From Emiliania huxleyi CCMP1516 (taxonomy: Eukaryota): a stretch of 64,000 nt of DNA. The notes below the pieces were generated by a model. That model was not told the DNA's origin. It saw only the letters and a list, made by a program, of their open reading frames with translations, and did no database searches. This document shows, piece after piece, positions 50,156 to 61,697 of this stretch. The stretch covers positions 375,440 through 439,439 of the forward strand of contig NW_005201792.1 in the NCBI RefSeq assembly GCF_000372725.1, read 5' to 3'. Within the stretch, counting starts at the first letter, position 1. Every line of letters starts with the position of its first letter. The translations under genes were made by a program, and so were the position numbers.

Positions 50156-50336
50156 CCGTGGCTTCCCATTGCGCCGTGCGTGAGTTTCCCACTACGGCGC
50201 GCGCGATAGAACTAGAAACTGTCGCTCTGTGAAAGTTGACTCTTAACTAGCCTAAAAGAGTCCATCGACGAAGAATCGAGTTGTGAGAATCTCGAGTTCG
50301 AGAGCGTTACCGTTAGACGAGTCAGACCCAGTCTGA

Positions 50337-50830
50337 CTTAGGGGCCCCCTAGGCTTAAAAGGGTGGGCCCTGGGGCGCCTGCGGCTTAAACGGCTTTAAA
50401 CCGGCCTAGGCCGGTTTTTAAGAGCTGGGCCGCCGATTCCTCAAACGGTCTTAAACGCTCAAACGGTGCGGGACCGGGAGACGTCCCGCCGAGGTCGATG
50501 GTCCGGGAGGCTCCCGGTAGACGCCGGAGGCCGGGAAGCTGGCTACAGTCAGCTAGCACGCGTCCCCTATGCGAGTATGGCTCCTGACAGTGCACCAGAC
50601 TTACAGATGTGTCTTCAGAGGCGGGTTTGTGCCTAATAACGGCAGTATTGGAGAAAACGGCGCGGAACCCAGCGACGCATGCCGGCGAGGCCGATTTTCT
50701 TAAACGGTCTTCGAAAAGAGGGGGGGCCCGTGCCTGCATCTCTTAAATGGCAATTTACGCCCCCAAACCTCCTCACTTCTTAAAAGGTCTTGAAAAAATC
50801 CGGCCCCCAGAACCCTAGGGGTCCCCTAAG
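50337..50830. mobile_element. MITE (494 bp) with 17-bp TIR and 8-bp TSD
   Basis: TIR CTTAGGGG(C/A)CCCCTAGG; TSD CAGTCTGA at 50329-50336 and 50831-50838; internal CTTAAACGG subterminal repeats. Confidence 0.88.
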
Positions 50831-52692
50831 CAGTCTGACTCAACTCAAGGCGAGCCGTTTCGTTGTTCGAGGTGCTTGGTCGTGTTGTGTTGGTTTCGGC
50901 GTAACGTAGGCTTGGTCAGGGCAGCATCTAGCTACTCTTGGATTTCCCGGAAGACGGCGTCAAGAAGAAGCTCACCCCAGAAGCACACGGAAAGAATGCT
51001 CCAGTCCTGAGCTTGAGCACTTTAGACTACCTAGGGCAAGCGCGTAGATGCCGAAGCCCACGTTCTTGGACAAGATCGCGGCGACTTGCATTCGAGGGGA
51101 TCCGACGAAGGGATCGATGAAGGTGCCCAAAGGGATCGATGCGTCCTCTTGGTCCTCTTGTGCCGCCTTGGTTTATTTTGTAGGCCGATTTTTTCGAGGG
51201 GTGCCCGGCGCCGAGCTTTTAGGGTCGGACCTCACGACAGCCTTGTAGATCCCTGGGCGAGGGTGATGGCGTCCCCGTCGGGAGCGCTGTGTGTTGGTGG
51301 AGGAAGGACAGCAACCACAGGCAGGTGCCCGGCAGCGTCCCGCCACACGCACGATCCGGATGACCTCTCTCCTCCGGATCCCCCAGTCAGCCCCGTGGGG
51401 CTAGTCCTCTCGTCTAGCCTTTCACAGTGTACGACTGTACGTATCTTTTTAGGGGAGAAGTGCGTGTGTGTGTTCTCTATAGAGGCCCCAAAGGTAAAGC
51501 TCGAGCCCAAGGCTGCGTGAGAGCTCGGAAGCGAGCTTTGCACGGCGATCGAAGATCTCTGTCAGTGTGTAGGTACGTTTTAGCTTCTCAGTGATCTGTC
51601 AGTGTGTACTCTCTCTCGCTCTCTCAGTGTACGTAAGAGAGTATGTGTGGCTATTCGCTCTTACGAATCTACCTCTCGGAAGACGCGCGCCGGCCCGGGG
51701 GACTCGCTTGCGATCCCGTTCCAGCCACAGAGGCCGCGTGGTGAGGCGTGTGGGACGGTGCACCCACGCGGGGCCCGAGTGCACTGGCCACGCGTCTCGA
51801 AGGGAGGGCGGCTCGTAACTGAGGTTCGCCGTCAGAGACAGTCGTCCTCCCCTCAACCGTGGGGGGCGTACTGGCTTGATCCCACCGGACAAGGGCTGGC
51901 AGTCTTCGTGACTGCCGTCACGCTAAGGCCGATGCCCCCTTGTCCACCCGATGAGAGGGGATCACGGGGTGTAGACTCCGTACGCCCGGCCGGCTTACTA
52001 GGTCCCGCCCTTCTCTCGGAAGACGCGCGCCGGCCCGGGTGACTCGCTTGCGAGGTAGATCCCGTTCCAGCCAGAGGCCGCGTGACCACCATGGAGACGT
52101 CCGGCGGCGCCGAGGAGCGAGATCGTGCCGATCTCCTGGCAGATGATGTTGAGCCCCTCGGCGATGCGAGCGCGGCGGGAGGCGCCGCCGCCGAAGACGG
52201 AGTCGGCGACGCTCGAGACGACGCTGAAGGAGGGCGCGTTGGACGGGGGAGCGGGCGGGTCGTGCTGCGACGCGCCGACGGGCTGCCGGCCGATGCTTGC
52301 TGTCGGCAACAGGTTGGAGAGCGCGCCAGTCGAGATGCCCCCGAGCCTTGCACACTGACGACGGCACGCCACGGGCTTCGCGTGAGGCGTGCGAGGCCGC
52401 GCGCGAAGTACGGTGGGGAACCCTTGCGTGTGATCTGTCGGTGTTCATTCATTTTGCGCATACTCGTGGTGTTGTAACGACGTGCTGCTCTGAGAACCAG
52501 ACGTCTCGAACACAGAGAGCCCGGCCCTTACGGAGTCGCGCACGCACCAGGACACCACCAGAAACATAGACCACCATGGCAGTCCCCGTCGACGCGCGGG
52601 CGGAGAGTGGGATGGGGCTCGGCCGCTTGCTCTGCGCACGTTAGCTACGCCGTGGGCTCAGGCCCCCCCGTTCTCACACCGACGCCGCTCGT

Positions 52693-53016
52693 TCAGGCCT
52701 CGCCGAACTCGAACTTGAACTCGTGGCCCTCCTCCTGCGAGGCCCACTTTGCGCCCGCGATCGTGAAATCGAAAGCCTTGCCATTCGCCTTGAGCTCCTT
52801 GGAGAGGTACTTCACGAACTTCTTGTAGCTGCGTGGGCGGAGCAGCGCGACGGGAGGTGAGGGTTCAGCGGCAGTAAGGCGCGTGCGGGAGGGGGAGCGT
52901 GTGCGGGCATGTGCCGTGTGCGGGGCGGGTGTGGAGGCGTGTCACTTCTTCCCGTTCTTCGTGATGGTCATGGAGGTGGGCGAGCCCGGCTTCGGGGAGG
53001 TGGAGGACTTCGCCAT
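52693..53016 (-). CDS. 68-aa microprotein, second copy (T4S)
   Basis: Same exon/intron structure as 29619-29942. Confidence 0.75.
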
Positions 53017-53612
53017 GTTGTTGATTATGACGTCTGCGCGCGCGCCGGGGGGGGGAGCTCCGTGAACAGGCCGTGGCGGTAACGATTTGCCGGGAGAAGG
53101 GAGAGTGGGATGGGGCTGAGGGGCGTGTAACGCGGCGGGCTGGGCGGCGGCGAGGGTGGCAGCGGCGAAGGGTGGGTCCGCACGCAGCGGGGCGCGCGGC
53201 TGTGGTTCGCGGGGGCGGCGTGCGGAAATTTCTTCTCTGCCGCAGCGTCTGCGACGTCTGCGCGCGACGAACGCTGTGTACACCCCCGGTGGCGGCGGGG
53301 TGTCGGAAACGAGCCGTGGCGGGGTGGGCGATGCGCCGCGCCGCGCCGACGGCAGGCGGGGGTGGGACGCGGGCGCCCTCAGAGCATGAGTTCGCTACAC
53401 ATACTATCAGCCACCCCAAATCGGCTTTTTTTTGAGGCGCTGTTGCGGCAGTTCATACTTTCTCGAGGTTCTCGAGGTGGATATCCTTTGGTCGCGTTGG
53501 GTAGCGAGGATTGGTGTGACGCGATCCACGCAGGCGTGTTTTCTGGCGGCCGACCGTCAGTGCACTGGGAGTTGCCCCTTCTCCGACTGCCCCGGCTAGT
53601 TCACGAGTTTCG

Positions 53613-53755
53613 ACACTGTTGTGCGAGGCGTGAACCGCGCCATTCGCTCTCACCTGGCAACCCTGTCTGCACGTCTCGCGCGCGCGTGAACAGGGCTCCA
53701 GGCCCCAAATGACGTGTGAGTGTTAGAGTTGTTTGGTATTGCTAAAAATCTCTCT
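53613..53755 (+). mobile_element. Short retro-type insertion with (TC)n tail and 9-bp TSD
   Basis: CGAGTTTCG at 53604-53612 and 53756-53764; absent from copy A, which shows the empty site near 29020. Confidence 0.85.
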
Positions 53756-54330
53756 CGAGTTTCGCGGGAGTGACCCCTGCGTCAAACCCGAGACCTAGCG
53801 CGGGGGTGGGTTGGAGGGGGCTCGCTGCAGGGAGGGGCGGTGTAAGAAGCCGATCCCCGTAGTCTTCCGCCCCACTCCTCCCCATCGGGCCGCAGAAGCG
53901 GCCGCGCCTCGCAGATTCGTTTCTCGCGCCTGTGGGTCAGGCGCGCGGGGCATCCCCCGGGTCGCTCGACCAGCGATCCGAAGAGTGGCCGCTATGCGAG
54001 GGAAAGAGCGGGGCCCTCGACGCCTCTGTCCATACAGGAGTTATCCATCAGCCCCGACCGGCAGCACGCTGTTGGTCGGTTCGAGAGGTGGCCTCCGCCA
54101 AGGTCTGCGTGGGCGCCTCTCCACCGCCTCCCTCCTTTGCCCCGAGCGTCGTTCCGCCCTCCATCCACACCATCCTCGAGCCACCATCTATGTCTCGCCT
54201 GACCACAACCTCACAAAGGCGCGTGGCGACGCCCCCTCGCAGGGGCCAGGGCCAGATCACTTTCCTGGTCGAAAAAGCTTGGCGCTACGAGAGGACCAAA
54301 GTGGTAAAGGTGGCAGTATCTCCCCTGACC

Positions 54331-55417
54331 CCATCAAAAGGGGAAAAGGAACCGAGGCTCCACCTCCAGCAGAAAATAAGCAGAGAAACTGCAGAAACCT
54401 TACCCTCAGGCTAAAAAGCCGTAATGGGCACCGCTCGCGGCTCGGCACCGGGCACACCGACTCGCGGTATCCAAAATGCGCCTGCGGGCGGACCCTCACA
54501 GCTCACAGCTTACATACCCGGAGGTGGACTGCTGACAGGTTGCGATGAGGACGCCCCGCGGTCCCCAAGACGCGCCGGGATTCCGATGCGTGGTTTCGAT
54601 CGTTTTCGGGTGAGTTCGACAGAGAGAGACTTTCCGCTTAAGCAAGAGCACGACTGGGTGAGGGGAGACACAGTGGCAGTGAACACTAAACTAAAAAACT
54701 CTCAACTCAACACGCCAGCAACCGCCCTCCGCTCATCGGCGCTCGACAGTTGTGCGCAGAGCTGCTCGAACTGGCCCTGGCCAAGCTGTGCCGCAACCGA
54801 CCGCACAAAAGAACCTCGAAAGAGCTACCCAATGGGTCCTCGGAGAGGGTACCCTGGGACCTGGGTGGGCGGGGCCTCTACTCGCCAGCGTGCCCGGCTG
54901 GCCAAGACGGACAGGAAAAGAATAGGCGCCGCTTCAGGAGCTGGCGGAAAGGGGGAGCGAGCCGAGTACGATAGTGAGGCTGCGGATGCGGGCGAGATTC
55001 GTCGACCAGGGAGAGCCAGCCCGACCCGACCCCCCGGGGAGGCGCGACAAGAGGGTCATAAGCCGTCACACTCGCCCGGGGTGACCTCGGCCGGGCCGTC
55101 GACGCCCTCGGAATCGGGGGAGCCGGGAGAAACTGGCGAAGACGAAGGGCGGCAGCGGAGAAAGCGACACCAATAACGAGGGACAACGATCGCACCACGT
55201 CGCACCGGCCGTCGTATGACGCTCGGCAAGCGAGCAAGAGAACGAATCGGGGTGAACCAGAGCCCCAGGAGGACGGACGATGGAGCTCCGGGACCGGGGA
55301 CTGAGCAAGTGTGGGTGTTTGGCGTCGTGTACAGTGTAATGTCCATTAGCTCCGAGTAGAGGGGGCGTCCTGCAGTTAAGGGGAAACCCGGTACGCGGGT
55401 CCAACCCTCGGAGAACC
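54331..55417 (+). mobile_element. Possible decayed non-LTR retroelement 3' region
   Basis: Broken frames with PKCACG and an end LGKRARERIG..PRRTDDG resembling IGERLRREIG..PRVGDG of the 59171 ORF. Confidence 0.3.
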
Positions 55418-56263
55418 GTGTTTACTTTACGGCCCTTTCCCTGCGAACGCGCACCCCCCCAGGGCTAGGGCTCTCTAGCCCGTAACCCGATGCCAATCAT
55501 CTGGCCCGCTGGGTGTGCTTCTTAGCCCCCCGGGCCCTGGACGTGCGGTTACTGACTGCACTCCAAGTACTCCCCAAGAGTGCTTCTCAGCGTGCACTAA
55601 CCCCAACACCTTCGGAGTACAAACTGTCAACGTCCACTTCATTGCACGGGAAGCGGCACAAACGGGGCACAAACGCAAGGCTACAAACACGGGGAGGCAC
55701 GTACTCGCTGAGTAGTGACGCAGGGGAGTCTAGGCGACGGTGGCGCGTCCTCCGCCGCCGCGAGCTTCACTTCACTTTTAGCAGGAAAGTGGTATGTAAT
55801 AGGGAAAAAGGCGCGAGGAGGGCTGAACAAGCTCCTCTTGTAGCTCGATCGCCCCCCCCCCCTCTCGCCACCGACGTCAAAAAACAAAAGTCACAGACTG
55901 CACTCCAAGTGCACAGTGAGATGATGGATAGGGGGACGACACTGCTTCGGCGGGCGGCCGCGACCCTGTACCGTGTTTGTTATGACCCACCCCAATGAAT
56001 GAACACACCAGAGAGGGAGGGCGAGAGGGGTCCCGTACTCGAAAAAAGAAAGAAAGAAAAGAGGCAGCCAAGGGAGGGATGGGAGGAGATGACTGCTCTA
56101 TTTATTTATGGGATGGGAGGACGGCACGCCGCCACCACACAGGGATTTTAAGCAGAGGAGTGTGGTGCTAGCCGTCGCCCACCCTAACCCTTGGGCGTCT
56201 GCCTCCCCACGCACTTGGAGCACTTGGAGTGCAGTTGGCAGCCTCACATCCAGCCAAGGCAGA
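55418..56263. repeat. Mosaic of retro-derived repeat fragments
   Basis: 55418-55570 is the reverse of 10413-10580; 56041-56200 is a (GAAA)n tail plus shared 3' UTR; 56211-56253 matches 10413-10455. Confidence 0.75.
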
Positions 56264-56286
56264 CTTTTTATCGGGCCCGGCGAGGT

Positions 56287-57247
56287 ATGTCGATCAGGGT
56301 GGAGGACTTTGCTCAGGCGTCCTCGTCTGATCTAGCCGCCATCGTCACCTTCCCGCCGACCGGGTCGGTTGCGCCTGCTCTCGCGACGTTCAGCGTCCCG
56401 TCCGACCAGGGGCGGGACGCCGCGGCGCAGGCGCTCGTGTCGGTCTCTGAGCCTCCAGCCAGTCCAGCCGCGCTCGTCGCGGCCGAGGGCAAGGCGCGCG
56501 CACCCAAACGGGTGCGCACCGACGCCGACAAGAGGCACAAGTGCCAGCACTGCAACTCGACGTTTGCGTGGCCGTCGGAGCTCGCGCGGCACGTGCGGAC
56601 GCACACGGGCGAGAAGCCCTTCAAGTGCGACCAGGCGTGGGCTCACTGCGAAACGCCCGCCCCCTTGCCACCTCTGCCTTCCGTGTCGTCTCTCTCTGCG
56701 GCCCAGCTGCCTCTCGCCCCCCCTCGCCACGGCCTCACTCGCGACTGCTGCCGCCGCCACCGCCCTCACCGCCGCACCGCCGCCGCCCTCGCGCCCAGTG
56801 CTCGTTTGCGTGCGCGGACCCGAGCTACCTCGCGGTGCACAAGCGACGCCACCAGGGCGAGCCGTACAAGTGCGACGTGTGCAGCTATGCGACCGCAGAC
56901 GCCAGCAACCTCACCCGTCACAAGCGGGTGCGTCCCTCCCTCCGACACACAGAGCCTACTCCGACCACTCCGAAGCTCCACGCGCGGGCCATCGCGCCGC
57001 GACCCGATGCCCTCTGCTGCCGCACGTCCCCTGCCGCACCTCCCCTGCCGCAGGTACACTCGGGCGTCAAGCCGTACAAGTGCGACGTGTGCGACGCCGC
57101 CTTCAAGCAGCCCGCCCACCTCAACTCGCACAAGCGGATCCACACGGGCGAGAAGCCCTTCAAGTGCGACCAGTGCGGCTACGCCACCGCCTACCGCGGC
57201 GAGCTCACGCGACACATGAAGACGCGACATGGGCCCGCCAGCCCCGC

Positions 57248-57282
<35 letters not shown>

Positions 57283-57398
57283 TGGCCACCGCCGCCGCGG
57301 TGGCCGTCGCCGCGGTGAGCGCCGGCCAGCCGGCCGCACTGGCGACCGCCACGCCCGCCATGGAGGCCATGGAGATCGCGGCTGCGCCCCCGAGCTGA
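56287..57398 (+). CDS. C2H2 zinc-finger protein, 5 tandem fingers with TGEKP linkers and polyQ (3 exons)
   Basis: CQHC..HVRTH-TGEKP-CDQ|C..HKRRH, CDVC..HKR|VH, CDVC..HKRIH-TGEKP-CDQC..HMKTRH. Confidence 0.9.
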
Positions 57399-57627
57399 TT
57401 CTTGCTGTGACACGCCCGACCGGCGGAGTCCCTCTTGCTGTGACACGCCCGACCGGCTCCACCGCGGACCGCGCTGCTCTCTCTCCCTCGAACACACGGG
57501 CACACACACACACATACACGGTGCTCGGGCCCAAGGCCTGAGCCGCCGAGCCGCGCACTTTCATTTTGTTTTATTTCTTTTTCATCGGTAAAAGCTGGAA
57601 AAAGAAAGAGAGAAGAAGAGGATTTGT

Positions 57628-58956
57628 GGGTTGTTGCACGAGTATATGGGACACGATGTCTCAAATATGAGAGGTTTTGACTCCTACCGGCTCCTGACGC
57701 TATCCCTGGCAGCTCTAATGACCAGGATCAGTAGTGCTATGATAGAGGGTGCCCATACTAGCGCAGGAGCTGCCACACTCGCCCGGACCGGCTCCCTCTG
57801 GGGCCGGTTCCGCAGCCCGTGAGAGCCGCGACAGCGGGGCCGTGCCGCGGGTGCCTACTGCCGAGTGCCACAAACACTGCGCCGTCCCGCCATCACCTAC
57901 AGGCTGTCTTGTGTGATGGTTGGGATGTCCAAACGCCACCATCTTGGCTCTTGCGACCTCAAACCCGCGAGCTGTATGGGTGGTCCTGACGTCGACAGAC
58001 GCCCGATGACCACGGTGAAGCTGAGCCGTAACGAGTCGACAAGTCTCGTCTGAGCCCGTGGCGGTCGCCGGCTGAGTCGCTGTGCACGGGCCGGTACCTC
58101 AGGCGTCACCTCCGCAGCCTCAGGTCTCACACTCCATCACCGCCGCCGGGACGCCGTCGGTGGCACGCTCGGCGGCGACTTTGTTGCAGCCCCACAGCGA
58201 GCGCGGCGTCGAGCCCATTCGGTCTGGTCGGTTCGCGGCACTCCCTGGGTGCCAGGGAGTGCCGCCGACACGCGAGCGGTGCTTCCTGGCAGCGCGCGCC
58301 AGCTGTGGGGCTGCAACAAACTCGAGACACGCTTTTTGGGACATTTTCGACGCTTTTGTCCCGTAGCTCTTTGTGTTGCGATGCTTCCTGGCGAGAGAGT
58401 GCTGGGCTTTCCGGCCCACACTCGGCTCTTGAGGCATTTATCGGCATCTTAATATGCCGTAGGGACACACAGCAAGGAGTAGTGTCTACGCGCGCACACG
58501 CCCGAGTGCCAATTTGGCTACGGGTTAGGGTTGCGTTGTCCTAACGCCTCCGTCCGTCCTGGACGGGCGTTGGCGTGTGCATATCCCACCGCTAGCTAGC
58601 GACACTACTGCTAATGCTGGCCTCGTCCCCTCAAGTCGAGCAGCTTGGCCTTGCCATACGGTTCGACTGCTCAGACATTGGAGGAGATAAGGGGATGGTG
58701 GTGGGTAGAAGAATGCGGAACGAGCAGCCAAAAGCAGTCGCGCGAGTCAGAGTCGGGCACGAGACGTCGAGCATTGAAACCATCCGTAAAGGTTTCGTGC
58801 GACCGTCCCCAGTACAGGATTCCCCTGTACAGGGTGTGAACATCGTGCACTCGATGGTTTTCCCCGGCCCATGCCGGGTACTCTCCAGTCGAATCTGACG
58901 TTTGGCTACACTAGTAGAGCCGTGGGCTCATTTCACATATACTCGTGCAACAACCC
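57628..58956. mobile_element. Non-autonomous DNA transposon (1329 bp) with 21-bp TIR and 4-bp TSD
   Basis: Perfect TIR GGGTTGTTGCACGAGTATATG (57628-57648 / 58936-58956); TTGT on both sides. Confidence 0.85.
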
Positions 58957-58981
58957 TTGTGTCGTTTTTATTTATTTGTCC

Positions 58982-59078
58982 ACATGTGCATGCGATGTGC
59001 ATGCGCATGCACAATTGTGCTTGTGCATGCGCATGCACATGTGCATGTGCATGCACATGCACATGTGCATGTGCATGT
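58982..59078. repeat. (TGCATG/TGCACA)n purine-pyrimidine microsatellite
   Basis: Direct. Confidence 0.9.
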
Positions 59079-60049
59079 AAAGAAAGAAAGAAAACAGACA
59101 ACCCAAGGGAGGGATGGGAGGACGGCACGCCGCCACCACACAGGGATTTTAAGGAGAGGTGTGTGGTGCGCTATCCGTCGCCCACCCTAGGGAGTCTGCC
59201 TCTTCCTATCTCTCTTCGCAGTCTCTCGCCGATTCTCGCTGCAACCTTCATGCCACCTCGCGGCTGTCCCACTCTCGTCGTTCTCTCCCTTGTCACTTCC
59301 TCCTCTGTCGCGTCGTTCTCTTCTGCCTCATCCTGCGACGCCGCCGCCTGCCTGTCCCTTGTTCTCGCGGCTTCTTTCGCCTCTCGGCGCAACTCCGTCC
59401 TCCTTGCGGCGTATCCTGGCCCCTCGAGTCTATCGAGCTCCCCTCGCGCAAGGACCACATTTCTGACTCCCACTCCGATCATTTGCCTCCAAGTCATGTT
59501 GTTGCTCAGGTCCACTCTCTCTTCGAACACTCGTGCCTCTACGGATGATGCCGGCGCTGGGGTCCCCTTCGGATGCATCGTGACATCTGACAACTGGATT
59601 TCCACTGGTTCGTCCTCCTCTGAGTCATCTTCCCCGTCCTCCTTCCGCTCGGCTCTTCGCTCGGTACGTTCGGTGTGGCTCACCCTCCATGCCGTGAACA
59701 GGCGCTTTATCCACCCTATATTCTTCTCTCGTTCCTCTGCCCGTGCCTTGGTCTTGTCGTTGTTTCGCACCCATGTCTGTATGGCAATCGAGGCTGCCTT
59801 CCCCACTACCTGTAGTTCACTCGTCACCTCTCCCGCGAGCTCCCTTCTCTTTCTTTCGGGTATGGAGTCCGTGAGTGCGGGTAGCGTGCAGGCAATCACG
59901 GGCGCTATTTTGTCGTACTCCTCTTCGGCAAGCGCCCCAAATCTAGACCCTTTCGCCTTTAAGGAGGCTGCCCTCGCTCGTCTCAGGAATGTGGCGGTGT
60001 CTTTTGAGTCCGGCGCCTCCCGTTGAACTCTTGCTGTCGCCCACATGCG
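59079..60049 (-). mobile_element. 5'-truncated retroelement: ORF C-terminus (stop at 59171), 3' UTR, (TTTC)n tail
   Basis: Open frame of ~290 codons with non-host codon use; CATGTGCATGTGCATGT on both sides (59062-59078, 60050-60066); shorter copies elsewhere in the window. Confidence 0.75.
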
Positions 60050-60143
60050 CATGTGCATGTGCATGTGGCCCTGCGTGTGTTTCTTTCCCCCCTGAAGTGC
60101 CTGGCTCGCGCGACACCCAGCTAGCTGGGATCGCCTGCTGTGC

Positions 60144-61315
60144 ATGCTCGCCTTTGCCTTCTCGTCCTGCTTCGCGCTGCGCGGCCTGGCTGTCGACCGA
60201 GTCGGACCACTGCCACGCGCACGGCGCCTCTCTGTCGCGCCGCGCCTACGCGTCGCTCACCGCCGGGGCGGGCGCCTGGCGGCGCCGCTGATGGCTACGG
60301 CGGCGAGAGGCGACGTGGTGAGCGTCGAGTACTCTCTCAAACCTGACCCAGCTTCGCGATCTGTCCAGTTTGGCGACGCCATGCTTGGGTCGCTGCCCTT
60401 CGACATCGGCGCGGCGCGCTTCGTGCTGGGTGGCGGCGGTTACATCGACGGCCTCCACGATGCCGTCGAGGGGCTCGACGTTGGAGGCTCCGTATCCGGC
60501 GTGTCGATCGATGCGGGCTTCGGTGATTACAACGAGGCGGGCAAGGTGACGGCGCCAGTGGACATGGCGCCGCCGGGGCTGACGACTGGGATGGCGGTGC
60601 AGCTCACAACGCCCAAGGGGCCGGTGCAGGCGACGGTGACCGCGATGGATGACGAGACTGTGACACTGGACACAAACCACCCTCTCGCTGGATGCCGGCT
60701 GCTGCTCGACGCGTCTCTCGTCGCGGCGCAGCCTGCCTCCGCCTTCGCCACCGCCACCTTCGCCGGCGGCTGCTTCTGGGGCCTCGAGCTCGCCTACCAG
60801 CGCGAGCCTGGCGTGCTCAGCACTGCTGTCGGCTACACGCAGGCACGCCTCACCCTGCTATCTCGGCGGTACCGTGGGGCACGAGTGACCCTTGCCCGAA
60901 CCTTCTCCCGCAGGGCTCCTCGTCCGAGCCGACCTACGAGGAGGTGTGCAGCGGCAGCACGGGGCACACCGAGGCGGTGCAGGTCGTCTTCGACCCAGAC
61001 GAGGTGACGTACCGCCGCCTGTGCGAGCTGCTCGTCGAGCGGCTCGGCGACAGCCTCTACCTGCTCAACCAAGTGGGCAACGACCGCGGCACGCAGTACC
61101 GGCACGGCATCTATCCGCACGGCGAGGAGCAGGAGGCGGTCGCGCGCGAGGTGCTCACGGCCGTGGGCGAGCACGAGACGCTCGGCGCGGTGCAAACGGA
61201 GGTGCAGCCGGCGGAGCGCTTCTGGGCGGCCGAGGATTATCACCAGCAGTATTTGCAAAAGGGCGGGCAGAGCGCGAAGAAGCGCGCCGAGGAGACGATC
61301 CGCTGCTACGGCTGA
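60144..61315 (+). CDS. msrA: SlyD-like FKBP PPIase fused to methionine sulfoxide reductase A, with targeting presequence
   Basis: GDVVSVEY..FVLG..I.GL.DAV.G..VTLDTNHPLAG (SlyD); FAGGCFWG, GYTQ|G..PTYEEVCSGSTGHTE, GTQYR and AEDYHQQYL (MsrA); GC-AG intron 60843-60913. Confidence 0.9.
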
Positions 61316-61697
61316 CGAGGTGTGTGGTGTGTGGGATCTGGGAAAGTGAGTCTCGCGCTGCGGCCTGCGGGCCACGCGCCAGCCGCCCGCCCCCCCGCCC
61401 CACGCAGAGTCCGGTCCAGAGGACCCCAGGAGAGAGAGTCGTTCGCGAGGACCAGTTCCTGTGGAAGGGGAAGAAACAACGTGTTCACGCGGCTCGCACA
61501 TAAGTACATAGCTAGCATTATATCCATATCCAAAAAACAAACGCGACGAGCCCTGCGCCAACGGCGCCAGCCGCCACAGCCACACAGGCACGTGTGCGAA
61601 ATCACTGGGCCGAGGACATGCTCATGGTCCCCCGCATGCCTGTGTCTGGACCCACCGCCGCCCCCCAGCGTCCATCGCCGCGCCTCGAGAGGACGTG

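Larger units (their letters stand above)
51518..54330 (-). mobile_element. ~2.6 kb dispersed element, copy B (contains a 143-bp nested insertion)
   Basis: Reverse complement of 28458-31110. Confidence 0.8.

Noticed and set aside
51998..52372. Second protein gene in the 2.6 kb element
   Set aside because: Frameshifted in copy A and no clear ATG; at most a captured fragment.
58521..58531. Telomeric repeat seeds (also ~45589, ~56182)
   Set aside because: Under two units each; expected by chance.
59103..59150. HDV-like ribozyme in the retroelement 3' UTR
   Set aside because: Could not build P1/P3 pairings around the TCCTCCC segment.
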